Shown piece after piece: positions 1 to 11,550 of a DNA stretch of 64,000 nucleotides. Position 1 is the stretch's first letter, and every line of letters begins with the position of its first letter. The stretch comes from Verrucomicrobiota bacterium. Lineage in GTDB: Bacteria > Verrucomicrobiota > Verrucomicrobiia > Limisphaerales > AAA164-E04. The notes under the pieces are model-generated. The model saw nothing but the letters and a program-made list of their open reading frames with translations, had not been told where the DNA came from and searched no databases. A program made the position numbers and the translations under genes. The stretch lies in assembly GCA_047947115.1 (NCBI GenBank), contig CP170459.1:448001-512000 (forward strand). The letters run 5' to 3'.

Positions 1-1162
1 AAAGCGGAACCAGGCTTATTCCTGATAATCCATCAGGAGCTGGCACCCCGGCAAGCTCCACCAGGGTCGGATAAATATCCACAAACTCGACCACACGTTG
101 ACAATGAACCCCGTTTCCCCGAAGCCCGGGAGCATGAATGATCAAGGGTGATTTGGCTGATTTCTCGAACAAGGTCCGCTTCTGCCAGATCCCATCGTGC
201 TCCCCCAAATGATAACCATGATCGCTCCAAAAAACGACTATGGTTTGTTTCGACAATCCCAACCGATCTACCGCTTGAAGCATACGTCCCACCTGCGCAT
301 CCACGAAAGATACACACGCGTAATAGGCCTGGACCGCTTTGCGAAGAGTCAATTCGTCCAACCCGTAATTCGGAACCGGACAATTATGAGCAAAAGCCGC
401 CACCGGAATATCCTCCCGATCACCTGCCGGAGCATACGGCAGCCGAATGTCCTCCAGCGGATATAGATCAAAATACTTTTTGGGTGCCACATACGGGGTG
501 TGTGGACGAAAGAAACCCACACCAAGAAAAAAGGGTTCGTCCTGATGCGCTTCCATGTATCGAATCGCCTCTGAAGCGATCATCCCGTCCGTCTGTTCTT
601 CGTCTGCACCATCCGCCGCCAACCAGCTCAGCGCGGCACTGATCTTCCGATGCGGTTCGGCGTTAAAAATCAAATGTTCATCGGCTTTATCCATGCCTTT
701 GGGATTAAAGACCTGCTGCCAACTCGGAGGATCATCGTGTCCATTGGTGCCAATACTTGCCGGCACGTTGTAATGATAAATCTTCCCAACACGCGCCGTC
801 AGCCAGCCTTGTCTCATGAATGCCTGTGGCATTGTCACAATGTCAGGAAACGTTTCTCTGAAATGCCGATCCAAATCATAGACCTTGATTTCATCCGGCC
901 GTTTGCCGGTCATGATGGAGGCTCGTGTCGGATTACACAGCGGCAGTTGATTGTAAGCGCGACGAAACATCACACCCGCGGCCGCCAGCCGATCAATGTG
1001 GGGCGTTTTGGCGACAACATCCCCATAACAACCGAGCGTATCGGTCAGATCGTCCACCGCGATAAACAACACATTGGGACGTTCCTCACCCTCGGCATTC
1101 CATTCAGGCAACACCAAAATCAAGCACAGAATCAAGTTGATCTTTTGTGTCCAGAGCTTCAT
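1..1162 (-). CDS. Sulfatase, iduronate-2-sulfatase-like (3' end runs off window start)
   Basis: Not in the ORF track. Manual translation from ATG 1162: [37 protein letters not shown] (CxPxR formylglycine motif)..[24 protein letters not shown]. Confidence 0.92.
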   Translation of the reverse strand, partial: MKLWTQKINLILCLILVLPEWNAEGEERPNVLFIAVDDLTDTLGCYGDVVAKTPHIDRLAAAGVMFRRAYNQLPLCNPTRASIMTGKRPDEIKVYDLDRHFRETFPDIVTMPQAFMRQGWLTARVGKIYHYNVPASIGTNGHDDPPSWQQVFNPKGMDKADEHLIFNAEPHRKISAALSWLAADGADEEQTDGMIASEAIRYMEAHQDEPFFLGVGFFRPHTPYVAPKKYFDLYPLEDIRLPYAPAGDREDIPVAAFAHNCPVPNYGLDELTLRKAVQAYYACVSFVDAQVGRMLQAVDRLGLSKQTIVVFWSDHGYHLGEHDGIWQKRTLFEKSAKSPLIIHAPGLRGNGVHCQRVVEFVDIYPTLVELAGVPAPDGLSGISLVPL

Positions 1163-1248
1163 GCCCGGACCATAAAACGAATCACATCGAATTTTCCACG
1201 TAAAAAGATTCTTGGCCTCGTTCGCACCATTGTCGAGAATCACCCCAC

Positions 1249-2661
1249 ATGACACCGTCAGATTCAAACAGGAGACGCATTCCGTCCATCGACACCTTGA
1301 TGAGACAAACGGAATCCTATTCGATCCCGCGTTTGATCAGAAAACGGCTCATTCAAGACCGCATCCAACAATGGCGTGACTCGGGAGAAGTCCCTCCCGA
1401 ACAGGATCTGAATGACATCATCGAGAACGACCTGAATCGTTTCCTGCAGAACCGGCTCCAAACCGTCATCAATGGAACCGGTATCGTTCTCCACACGAAC
1501 CTGGGACGGGCTCCACTCCCCCAAGACCTGGCCGATCATCTTTCCAACACGGCGCTGGCTTACAGCAATCTGGAATTTGACCTGGCATCCGGCAAGCGAG
1601 GCAAACGCGGATTGAACGTTGAAAAATCATTGGCCGTTCTCGCGGAAGCCGAAGCAGCCACCGTGGTCAACAACTGCGCGGCAGCCCTGGTGTTGATGCT
1701 CAACACCTGCCGCACCGATTCCCGGGACGAAGTCATTGTTTCCCGAAGCGAACTGGTTCAAATAGGGGGTGGTTTCCGAATCCCGGAAATCCTCGAAACG
1801 GCGGGCGTCAAACTCAAGGAAGTCGGCACCACCAATCGAACCACCCTCAAAGACTACGCAAAGGCAACCGGCAACCGCACCGCCCTGATCCTGAAAGTTC
1901 ATCAAAGCAATTTCTACATGGATGGATTCGTGGAAACACCCCCGGTTGACGCATTGGTGCAGCTTGCAGTGAAGAACGAAATTCCCTTTGGTTTCGACCT
2001 GGGTTCCGGGGCGCTCATCGACACTCGAACCTGCTTCGGAATCGAACCCGAACCCACTCCGGCATCCATCATCGCACAAGGCGCACACATGGTTTGCTTC
2101 AGCGGGGACAAACTAATGGGCGGCCCCCAGGCAGGCGTTATTGCAGGATCAACCTCATGGATTGGAAAACTGAAATTGAATCCGTTTTTCCGAGCCCTGC
2201 GAGCCGATAAACTGGTCCTTTCAGCACTGGAATACACTGTCACCCAGCACCTGCAATCGTTGGACGATCCCGAATCTCGAACCACACCACATCTCCCCGC
2301 TTATCATTTGCTGTCCCAAACCATCAATCACCTTCAAGCCCGCGCCGAAGCCATGGTCCGCCGCGCTAAGCTTCCCAAAGAAGTGTTGCGTATCGAAGAA
2401 ACCGAAGCGGAGGTCGGCGGCGGAACCATGCCCAAAACACGCTTGCCTTCCGTAGCATTGGCCTTTTGCCCCTCTGGAATCAAACCGGAAAGGATCGCTC
2501 AATACTTTCGTGAAAACAATCCGCCGATTGTTGGCTACCTGCGAAGCAACGTACTCCAAATCAACCTGCGAACCATCTTATCAAATCAGGAATCCATCGT
2601 GATCGATTGCCTGAAAAAAGCATGGGAACACTTTGAAGGATTCAAACAAAGCAAATCATGA
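1249..2661 (+). CDS. selA: L-seryl-tRNA(Sec) selenium transferase
   Basis: [59 protein letters not shown] (PLP lysine). Overlaps selB. Confidence 0.96.
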   Translation: MTPSDSNRRRIPSIDTLMRQTESYSIPRLIRKRLIQDRIQQWRDSGEVPPEQDLNDIIENDLNRFLQNRLQTVINGTGIVLHTNLGRAPLPQDLADHLSNTALAYSNLEFDLASGKRGKRGLNVEKSLAVLAEAEAATVVNNCAAALVLMLNTCRTDSRDEVIVSRSELVQIGGGFRIPEILETAGVKLKEVGTTNRTTLKDYAKATGNRTALILKVHQSNFYMDGFVETPPVDALVQLAVKNEIPFGFDLGSGALIDTRTCFGIEPEPTPASIIAQGAHMVCFSGDKLMGGPQAGVIAGSTSWIGKLKLNPFFRALRADKLVLSALEYTVTQHLQSLDDPESRTTPHLPAYHLLSQTINHLQARAEAMVRRAKLPKEVLRIEETEAEVGGGTMPKTRLPSVALAFCPSGIKPERIAQYFRENNPPIVGYLRSNVLQINLRTILSNQESIVIDCLKKAWEHFEGFKQSKS

Positions 2662-4619
2662 GCGCAGCCAAACGATCACTCCCCTTCATCATCGCAACGG
2701 CGGGCCACGTGGACCACGGCAAGAGCGCCGTGGTCAAGACCCTGACTCAAACCGACCCCGACCGCCTTCCCGAGGAAAAGAAACGGGGCATCACCATTGA
2801 CCTCGGCTTCGCGCAATGGATCTTGCAGGATCCCGAAAATCCTTCGGTTGAATACGACCTGGGCATGGTGGATGTCCCCGGACATGAGGACTTCGTCAAG
2901 AACATGGTAACAGGCGTCGGAGCGATCGATCTGGGATTGCTGGTGATCGCAGCCGATGACGGTTGGATGCCCCAGACAGAAGAACATTTTCAAATCCTGG
3001 AATACCTCGATGTCCCGGACCTTGTGATCGTCATGACCAAAGCAGACCTCGCCGATGCCGATGCCGAGTTTGTGATCGAGATGATCCGGGAAGAAATCCA
3101 GGACACCCGATTCGAAACAGCCCCAATCGTGGTCACTTCCACCAAAACCGGTGAAGGATTTGACCAACTGGGCGCCATCGTCGCCGAACGATTGCGCCCT
3201 TTGGGCTCTCGCACCGACTTGGGAAAACCCCGTCTCCCGGTTGACCGCGCTTTCACAGTCAAAGGTATGGGAACCATTGTCACGGGGGCATTGACAGGAT
3301 CCTCCTTCAAGGCGGATCAGGCCGTTTGCGTTCAACCCGGCAACATCCAGACAAAAATCAGGTCCATCCAACACCACCACGCACAGCAGGACTCCGCTCA
3401 ACCAGGCATGCGCATCGCCCTCAACCTGAGCGGACTGAGTGTTCGGCAAGGTCATGAAACCGCCAACACCTCCATTGGACGCGGACAGGTCGTCACCATC
3501 CCTGAACTTGGAACCGAAACCGATTGCTTCGATGCCGTCGCTTCCCGCAGCCAACGACTTCTCAAACCGGGCAAACATCCTTCCGGTCCACTGAAAAGCG
3601 GGACCCGCATACGCGTGCACCTGGGTTCCAACAACGTTCCTGGACGCATCGAATTCTCAAACCACGCCCCACTGCTGCCCGGAAACATCTCTCCGGCCAG
3701 GATCAAGCTTGAAAGACCCGTATTCGCATTGGAGGGAGATCGGTTCGTCATACGTGACTGGTCCCAGCAAGGCACCATCGCTGGCGGTCGTATCTGGGAC
3801 GCATCCAGCAGCCACGTCTCATTTAAATCCAAATCCCAACAGAACTACCTGAACAACCTATGTTCCCATCAGACAGATGTCGGCGAGTATCTGGCATCCC
3901 GTCTGGAAAGAGATGGAGGCGTTCAACTGGATGCGCTGCATCAAAAGGGCCACTGGACCGCCAAGCAACTGGCACGAGAAGCCGCAAAGCTCGTCAAAGA
4001 GAAAAAGGGGATCAAACGAGCAGAATGGTTATTGGATAACAATGGCTGGAACACAGCGCTTGAAGATTTTGCCAGGCAAGTCGAGGATTACCATCAACAA
4101 CACCCGGACATGCCGGGTTTCCCGATCGAAACAGCGCGCAAGATCCTGGGTAAAAACCTTCCCAGCCTCGATCTGTGGTCCGCGGCGTTGACTGAATTGG
4201 GCAAATCACTCGGCATCGAGCAGGCAGGAGAACATCTGTGCCACCAAAGCCACAGCGTTACACTCCCGGACCGCCTTCAATCCTTGGCAAAAAGCATCCT
4301 GAAAACACTATCCGAATCACCCAACGAACCACCGGCACGCAAACACCTCGACACATCACAGGACACAGGAGACACCATTCGTTGCCTGATCCGCATGAAG
4401 AAAGTGACGGAGATCGGCCCGGACCTCATCGTCCTCAGCGATGCCTACGACAACATGGTTCGCTGTATTCAAGCCACCATCAAACAGCAAGGACCTTCCA
4501 CGGTCAGCGCACTTCGTCAGGAACTGGGTGTTTCCCGGCGCATCGCCATTCCCCTGCTGGAAAAACTGGACAAAGAAGGACGAACCATCCGAGAAGGCGA
4601 CTTTAGAAATTGGAAATAG
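2658..4619 (+). CDS. selB: Selenocysteine-specific elongation factor
   Basis: TAGHVDHGKS, RGITIDLGF, DVPGHEDF, TKAD; C-terminal winged-helix LGVSRRIAIPLLEKLD; ATGA overlap with selA. Confidence 0.96.
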   Translation: MSAAKRSLPFIIATAGHVDHGKSAVVKTLTQTDPDRLPEEKKRGITIDLGFAQWILQDPENPSVEYDLGMVDVPGHEDFVKNMVTGVGAIDLGLLVIAADDGWMPQTEEHFQILEYLDVPDLVIVMTKADLADADAEFVIEMIREEIQDTRFETAPIVVTSTKTGEGFDQLGAIVAERLRPLGSRTDLGKPRLPVDRAFTVKGMGTIVTGALTGSSFKADQAVCVQPGNIQTKIRSIQHHHAQQDSAQPGMRIALNLSGLSVRQGHETANTSIGRGQVVTIPELGTETDCFDAVASRSQRLLKPGKHPSGPLKSGTRIRVHLGSNNVPGRIEFSNHAPLLPGNISPARIKLERPVFALEGDRFVIRDWSQQGTIAGGRIWDASSSHVSFKSKSQQNYLNNLCSHQTDVGEYLASRLERDGGVQLDALHQKGHWTAKQLAREAAKLVKEKKGIKRAEWLLDNNGWNTALEDFARQVEDYHQQHPDMPGFPIETARKILGKNLPSLDLWSAALTELGKSLGIEQAGEHLCHQSHSVTLPDRLQSLAKSILKTLSESPNEPPARKHLDTSQDTGDTIRCLIRMKKVTEIGPDLIVLSDAYDNMVRCIQATIKQQGPSTVSALRQELGVSRRIAIPLLEKLDKEGRTIREGDFRNWK

Positions 4620-4649
4620 TGAATAGTGAATAGTGAATGGTGAATTGGG
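4615..4649 (+). repeat. Tandem heptamer AATAGTG (3 perfect and 2 degenerate copies) over the selB stop
   Basis: aatagtg aatagtg aatagtg aatggtg aattggg read directly. Confidence 0.85.
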
Positions 4650-4665
4650 GGGGGCGTCTACCTCA

Positions 4666-4695
4666 GGTAGATCGTGCCGTCCCCGGCGCGTCCCT
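4666..4695 (+). repeat. REP-like GTAG-headed hairpin
   Basis: GGTAG-AT-CGTGCCG-TCCC-CGGCGCG; related copy at 60170-60197 (minus). Confidence 0.6.
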
Positions 4696-4845
4696 CGGAG
4701 TGTCCAAATCACAATCACCTTCCGTTTCGGAAAGCCTACGGTTCCCAATACCCTAACGCCAATGAGAGCAGGCATGAAAGGGCTGTCAGGTTCCTACACA
4801 ACCGGCTTTCCTTTGCGCGGCAACATTGAGCAGGCATGCCACAAG

Positions 4846-4867
4846 GAACGGATCGAGAGATCCGTTC
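4846..4867. terminator. Perfect 9-bp hairpin 14 bp past the carB stop (terminator or stabiliser)
   Basis: GAACGGATC-GAGA-GATCCGTTC; no strong U tract. Confidence 0.45.
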
Positions 4868-4881
4868 TGCCTAAGATGGAA

Positions 4882-6384
<1,503 letters not shown>

Positions 6385-6496
6385 ACGGATATCCAATTAA
6401 AAGCAGAAAGAAAACTTTGTCATTCATTTTCTATTCAAATTCACAACATCATGTCGTAAGGTCACTCCATCACCAAAAAGGAAAGCTGATATTCTC

Positions 6497-7828
6497 ATGG
6501 ACAGACGACATGCATTGAAGGGGATCGGACTTGGAGCCATCGGCGCCCTGGGACTCGGAAAAACAACTCCAGACGCCACCGCCCAGACTTACGAAAAAGC
6601 CACCCGCGGGCTGAAACCGCTCAAGATCACCAAGGTCCGGGCCATCACCACCAGCCCTATGAGCGCCCGATTGGTCATTATCAAGGTCGAAACAAGTGAG
6701 CCCGGTCTCTACGGCCTGGGATGCGGCACCTACAACCAACGTCCCCTCACCGTCGTCACAGCGGTGAACGAATACCTCGACGACTTTGCCCGCGGCCGTG
6801 ACGTCGACGATATCGAGGACATGTGGCAAAACGCCTACACCAGCTCCTACTGGCGGAACGGCCCCGTGCTGAACAACGCCCTGAGCGGACTGGACATGGC
6901 GCTCTGGGACATCAAGGGCAAACGCGCCAACATGCCCCTCTACCAATTGTTGGGCGGTCGCTCACGATTTGCCGTGGATTGTTATTCCCATGCAAGTGGC
7001 CGCGACTTCAAAGAACTCGAAGACAGTGTCCGGTCCAAAATGGAACAGGGCTTCCGACACATTCGCATACAGTTGGGCGGTTATGGTTCTTCCCATTTGT
7101 CATCTCAACCCCACTTTAAGGAAGCAGATTTTGGATTGGCATCCGATGGTCATATGGATTCCCTCCCCTACCTCAAAGCCACACCGAAGATGTTCGAACA
7201 CATCCGGTCCACCTGTGGGGATGACATCGAACTCCTGCACGATGTCCACGAACGCATCCGCCCCATCGAAGCGATCAATTTGCTGAAAGAACTCGAACAA
7301 TACCGGCCATTCTTCATCGAAGATCCCCTTTCCCCGGAACAAAACGGCTATTTCAAATACCTGCGCTCACAAACAAGCGTCCCCATCGCCATGGGCGAAT
7401 TGTTCAACAACCCGCACGAATGGGTGCCCTTGATCACAGAACGACTGATCGATTTTATACGTGTGCACATCACCCAGATCGGAGGATTCACTCCCGCCCG
7501 CAAACTGGCCACGCTGGCGGAACATTTTGATGTGCGCAGTGCCTGGCACGGTCCCGGCGACCTTTCACCTGTCGGCCATGCGGCCAACGCCCATCTGGAC
7601 ATGAACATCCACAACTTCGGCATTCAGGAAAGCGTTCATTTCAACGATGCCATGCGGGAAGTGTTTCCTGGAGCCCCCACCATGAAAAATGGCTACATGC
7701 ACCTTCCCGAAGCACCCGGACTGGGCATCGACATCAATGAAGAAGCCGCGGCAAAACATCCCTTCCCGGAACACCCCGGCTATTGGAGCCCCCTCCGCCG
7801 CCGGGACGGAACCGCGGTGCGTCCCTGA
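6497..7828 (+). CDS. Enolase-superfamily dehydratase (RspA/mannonate dehydratase-like) with Tat signal
   Basis: MDRRHALKG twin-arginine leader; YWRNGPV, DMALWDIKGK, LLHDVHER, FFIEDP, MGELF, AWHGPGD. Confidence 0.88.
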   Translation: MDRRHALKGIGLGAIGALGLGKTTPDATAQTYEKATRGLKPLKITKVRAITTSPMSARLVIIKVETSEPGLYGLGCGTYNQRPLTVVTAVNEYLDDFARGRDVDDIEDMWQNAYTSSYWRNGPVLNNALSGLDMALWDIKGKRANMPLYQLLGGRSRFAVDCYSHASGRDFKELEDSVRSKMEQGFRHIRIQLGGYGSSHLSSQPHFKEADFGLASDGHMDSLPYLKATPKMFEHIRSTCGDDIELLHDVHERIRPIEAINLLKELEQYRPFFIEDPLSPEQNGYFKYLRSQTSVPIAMGELFNNPHEWVPLITERLIDFIRVHITQIGGFTPARKLATLAEHFDVRSAWHGPGDLSPVGHAANAHLDMNIHNFGIQESVHFNDAMREVFPGAPTMKNGYMHLPEAPGLGIDINEEAAAKHPFPEHPGYWSPLRRRDGTAVRP

Positions 7829-7839
7829 TCTTTTTATAA

Positions 7840-9078
7840 ATGCAACCTCGTTTCCAAACATCAAGCCTCGTTCAAACCATGTGCCTTGGCGTGGCTCTGC
7901 TCCTAACAGCAGGTGCTCGGACTGCCAACGCCGAATGGAAACGCCACACCATTGACGATAGCTCGCAAGGGGCTGACGGCGTGCGACTCTGCGATGTCAA
8001 TGGAGACGGCCTGCTTGATATTGCCACGGGATGGGAAGAAGGTGGTCAGGTAAAAGTCTACCTTCACCCTGGGCATGACCACGTCAAGCAACCCTGGCCA
8101 TCGGTTATCGTCGGAGAAGTCCGATCCCCTGAAGACGCTGTCTTCATGGATGTGGACGGCAACGGTATCTTTGACGTGATCAGTTCGTGCGAAGGACAGA
8201 CAAGATCCGTGTTTGTCCACTGGGCGCCACAAACCACGGATCATTACCTCGATGCCAAACAATGGAAAACCGAACCCATCCCCTGCCTGGAAAAGCAAGC
8301 CATGTGGATGTTCGCCACACCTGCGGATCTCAATGGGAACGGTTCGACCGATCTGATCCTTGGGGCAAAAGGATCGGGCGCTCAGATAGGCTGGCTTGAA
8401 GCACCTGAGGAAAGAAGCGATCTAAACGCCTGGAAATGGCACCCAATCTGCGATGCCGGTTGGATCATGTCCATCATGACCTTTGATGCGGATCACGACG
8501 GAGATCTGGATATCCTTGTATCCGACCGGAAAGGCCCTGAGAGCGGCGCGTTGTGGTTGGAAAACCGTATCGAGCAAAAAGGAGTTGATTCTCCCCGGTC
8601 ATGGGAAGAACACCGCATCGGCCCCGTCGGAAACGAAGTGCTCTTTCTGGATTGGAAGGCCGATAAGAAAGGTTCAGGCATGACCGTCTGGATGTCGGTC
8701 AAGCCCAACCTCACCTGGCAACTCAAAGCGGACTCACCCTTCTCGACGCACTGGAAACTGGACGCATTCGAAATGCCCACATGGATGAGCCGCGCCAAAG
8801 CCGTTAGACAGGGCGACATCAATCAAGATGGGCAACCGGATATCGTTTTAACATGCGAAAGCGCTTCAGACGGTAAATCCGGCATGGCCTGGTTTACCCC
8901 CGCGGCATCGACCGACAACAACACACCGGTTTATCACGATATCGCCGGTCCGATGGGCATCAAATTCGATCGAATCGAAATACTCGATCTGGATGCGGAT
9001 GGCGACCTGGACGTCATGACCTGCGAGGAACGAGACAATCTGGGAGTGATCTGGTATGAGAACCCCCTCAACCATTGA
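7840..9078 (+). CDS. Exported FG-GAP/VCBS-repeat beta-propeller protein
   Basis: Signal peptide; repeats DVNGDGLLDI, DVDGNGIFDV, DLNGNGSTDL, DADHDGDLDI, DINQDGQPDI, DLDADGDLDV. Confidence 0.85.
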   Translation: MQPRFQTSSLVQTMCLGVALLLTAGARTANAEWKRHTIDDSSQGADGVRLCDVNGDGLLDIATGWEEGGQVKVYLHPGHDHVKQPWPSVIVGEVRSPEDAVFMDVDGNGIFDVISSCEGQTRSVFVHWAPQTTDHYLDAKQWKTEPIPCLEKQAMWMFATPADLNGNGSTDLILGAKGSGAQIGWLEAPEERSDLNAWKWHPICDAGWIMSIMTFDADHDGDLDILVSDRKGPESGALWLENRIEQKGVDSPRSWEEHRIGPVGNEVLFLDWKADKKGSGMTVWMSVKPNLTWQLKADSPFSTHWKLDAFEMPTWMSRAKAVRQGDINQDGQPDIVLTCESASDGKSGMAWFTPAASTDNNTPVYHDIAGPMGIKFDRIEILDLDADGDLDVMTCEERDNLGVIWYENPLNH

Positions 9079-9081
9079 ACC

Positions 9082-9552
9082 ATGAGAAGCAAAAACATCC
9101 ATCCTTACATCAAGCTGCTGTGCCTTGCATCATTACTATGGATGACAAGCGGCTGTTCCGGATTTCATCGTGCATGGAAAGCAGAGCAATCCAAAGCAAC
9201 AACGTACGCTAAAGAAGCATTGACAGGCGCATGGGAAGGCACCTGGCTCAGTGACGTGAACGGTCACCATGGCCGACTGAGAGCCCTGATCACCGAGAAT
9301 TCCGACGGCACCTATCACGCATGGTATCACGCAAAATACAAACGCATCCTCAGCTTCTCTTACTCGGTTGACATGGAAGCACAAGACATTCCCGCTGGCC
9401 ATGCTTTCAACGGAAAAGCCAATTTGGGCAAACTGGCCGGAGGCGTTTATGCCTATGAAGGCTTCGCCACCAATGGGATTTACAATGCCACGTATGATTC
9501 CAAATACGATCACGGCGTATTCAAGATGGAACGTCCATCTGCCGACGAGTGA
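9082..9552 (+). CDS. Hypothetical lipoprotein
   Basis: Hydrophobic leader ending TSGC (lipobox-like); 3 bp after the upstream gene. Confidence 0.7.
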   Translation: MRSKNIHPYIKLLCLASLLWMTSGCSGFHRAWKAEQSKATTYAKEALTGAWEGTWLSDVNGHHGRLRALITENSDGTYHAWYHAKYKRILSFSYSVDMEAQDIPAGHAFNGKANLGKLAGGVYAYEGFATNGIYNATYDSKYDHGVFKMERPSADE

Positions 9553-9586
9553 ACCGGAACTGTAACGATAACCTTGAAAACAGCAC

Positions 9587-10942
9587 ATGCCTGCCGCCAT
9601 TAAATCCGAACTGAATCAGTTCATGAAAGGATTGATTCGCCGAAATCCCGGCGAACTCGAATTCCACCAGGCCGTTGAGGAAGTGGCCGCTTCTGTCCTT
9701 CCTTATATCCTTGAAAACCGGAAATACCGGGATGCTCAGATTTTGGAGCGAATGACCGAACCCGACCGCATCGTCATCTTCCGCGTCACATGGGAGGACG
9801 ACAAAGGTCGTGTCCGTGCCAATCGGGCATGGCGGGTTCAATTCAACAATTCCATCGGTCCGTATAAGGGAGGTTTTCGCTTCCACCCTTCGGTAACCCT
9901 GAGCGTACTGAAATTTCTGGGTTTTGAACAAGTCTTCAAGAACAGCCTCACCGGACTTCCCATGGGCGGAGCAAAAGGCGGTTCGAACTTCAATCCCAAA
10001 GGAAAAAGCGAACGCGAAGTCATGCGATATTGCCAATCATTGATGATTGAATTACATCGCCACATCGGAGAAGACACCGATGTTCCGGCTGGCGATATCG
10101 GGGTAGGAGCAAGGGAAATCTCGTTTTTATTCGGACAATACAAAAGACTGGAAAACCGCTTCACCGGCATCCTGACCGGAAAAGGTCTGTCCTTCGGCGG
10201 CAGCCTGGTCCGCAAGGAAGCCACCGGGTATGGCGCTGTCTATTTCTGCCAAAACATGCTCGAACGCAATGGCGACTCCCTGGAAGGAAAAAACGTTGCC
10301 GTCAGTGGTTCTGGCAACGTTGCCATATATACCGTTGAAAAGGCACTGGAGCTTGGAGCCAAAGTCCTGACCATTTCCGATTCCAGTGGATTCATTTATG
10401 ATCCCGATGGAATCGATGCCGAAAAACTTGAAGCCATCAAGGATCTCAAAGAGGTACAGCGAAAGCGCATTCACACATATACCAACCTTTTCCCCAAAGC
10501 TGAATTTCATGAGGGGAAACGCCCCTGGCATGTTCCCTGTCAAATCGCCTTTCCGTGCGCAACACAGAACGAACTAAATGAAGAAGAGGCAAAAGCATTG
10601 CTGAGCAATGGACTCATGGCCATTGCAGAGGGAGCCAACATGCCCACAGAACCCGGCGGCATACGCACTTTCAGAGATGCCGGAATCTTATATGCACCGG
10701 GCAAAGCCGCCAACGCGGGCGGTGTAGCGGTATCCGGACTGGAACAAAGCCAGAACGCCCTGCGCCTCTCCTGGAGCCGTGACGAAGTCGACGCCAAGCT
10801 CAAGCACATCATGCGAGACATACATGAAAAATGCGTCCTCAACGGCAAACAAGAAGACGGCACCGTTGACTACGTCCAAGGAGCCAACCTCTCTGGCTTC
10901 ATCAAAGTCGCCGAAGCCATGTTGGCGTATGGAGTCGTTTGA
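9587..10942 (+). CDS. gdhA: NADP-specific glutamate dehydrogenase
   Basis: GPYKGGFRFHPSV, LPMGGAKGG, DVPAGDIGVG, GSGNVA, EGANMP, KAANAGGV. Confidence 0.96.
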   Translation: MPAAIKSELNQFMKGLIRRNPGELEFHQAVEEVAASVLPYILENRKYRDAQILERMTEPDRIVIFRVTWEDDKGRVRANRAWRVQFNNSIGPYKGGFRFHPSVTLSVLKFLGFEQVFKNSLTGLPMGGAKGGSNFNPKGKSEREVMRYCQSLMIELHRHIGEDTDVPAGDIGVGAREISFLFGQYKRLENRFTGILTGKGLSFGGSLVRKEATGYGAVYFCQNMLERNGDSLEGKNVAVSGSGNVAIYTVEKALELGAKVLTISDSSGFIYDPDGIDAEKLEAIKDLKEVQRKRIHTYTNLFPKAEFHEGKRPWHVPCQIAFPCATQNELNEEEAKALLSNGLMAIAEGANMPTEPGGIRTFRDAGILYAPGKAANAGGVAVSGLEQSQNALRLSWSRDEVDAKLKHIMRDIHEKCVLNGKQEDGTVDYVQGANLSGFIKVAEAMLAYGVV

Positions 10943-11040
10943 TTGGTATTCACATTTTTTCAAAATATTGGAATTCCCATAGTAAATCATTCGTTAAGCA
11001 GATCCCTTTATACGGCTGTTGTGAACAGTTACACCACGAG

Positions 11041-11068
11041 AGGAGGCGACGGGACGCCACGTTTTGCC
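11041..11068 (-). repeat. Degenerate REP-like hairpin copy
   Basis: Minus strand GGCAAAA-CGTGGCG-TCC-CGTCGCC, resembling the 60170 copy; between convergent genes. Confidence 0.4.
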
Positions 11069-11115
11069 GCATTGGAACGCAGGGAAGGTGGGGTTGGTTA
11101 ATCCTCAAAGGATTC

Positions 11116-11550
11116 TTATTGGAGTTCGTCTGCCAGTTGGCAGATATAGTGGTAGTATGCGTCCACTTCCATGCCCAAGGCTGCGGCACCGAAACGCTCG
11201 GCATCTGAGTCGGAGGCGAATTTACCGTAATTAACGGCTACGAGCTGGTAAAGGACCAAGGCTGGCACGTCCTTTTTACGATCTTCAAAATGTTGGTGAA
11301 CAAGGATGACAAAACCATCCTCAGGTCGATCTCCGAGTGGTTGGGGATAGGCAAATTCACCGGCTTGAAGTTGGGTGGAATCAAACTTGATCGTGCAAGG
11401 GTATCGGACACATTCCCGATCATTCAATAGATCAAGCAGCGATTCCCAATTGAGATCGGGGCCGTAGGTGGCGTGGATAGCCAGCCCTTTATCATGAGCA
11501 TGATCACCCAATGCGCGCTCGGCATCCTGTGCATTCAATCGTTCGTTCAT
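11116..11550 (-). CDS. Hypothetical protein coupled to the NrfD-like gene
   Basis: 144-aa ORF with ATGA overlap; last gene of the redox operon; no motif recognised. Confidence 0.75.
   Translation of the reverse strand: MNERLNAQDAERALGDHAHDKGLAIHATYGPDLNWESLLDLLNDRECVRYPCTIKFDSTQLQAGEFAYPQPLGDRPEDGFVILVHQHFEDRKKDVPALVLYQLVAVNYGKFASDSDAERFGAAALGMEVDAYYHYICQLADELQ

Noticed and set aside
650..1252. 200-aa plus-strand ORF and other short ORFs in 33-1252
   Set aside because: Shadows of the sulfatase, which the track missed because it has no stop in the window.
2676..3620. 314-aa minus-strand ORF
   Set aside because: Antisense to selB; no motifs.
4620..4881. Possible selC or carB continuation
   Set aside because: No cloverleaf or UCA anticodon arm and no CarB-like translation recognised.
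11018..11035. Rex-like box TTGTGAA-N4-TACACCA
   Set aside because: Imperfect and between convergent gene ends.
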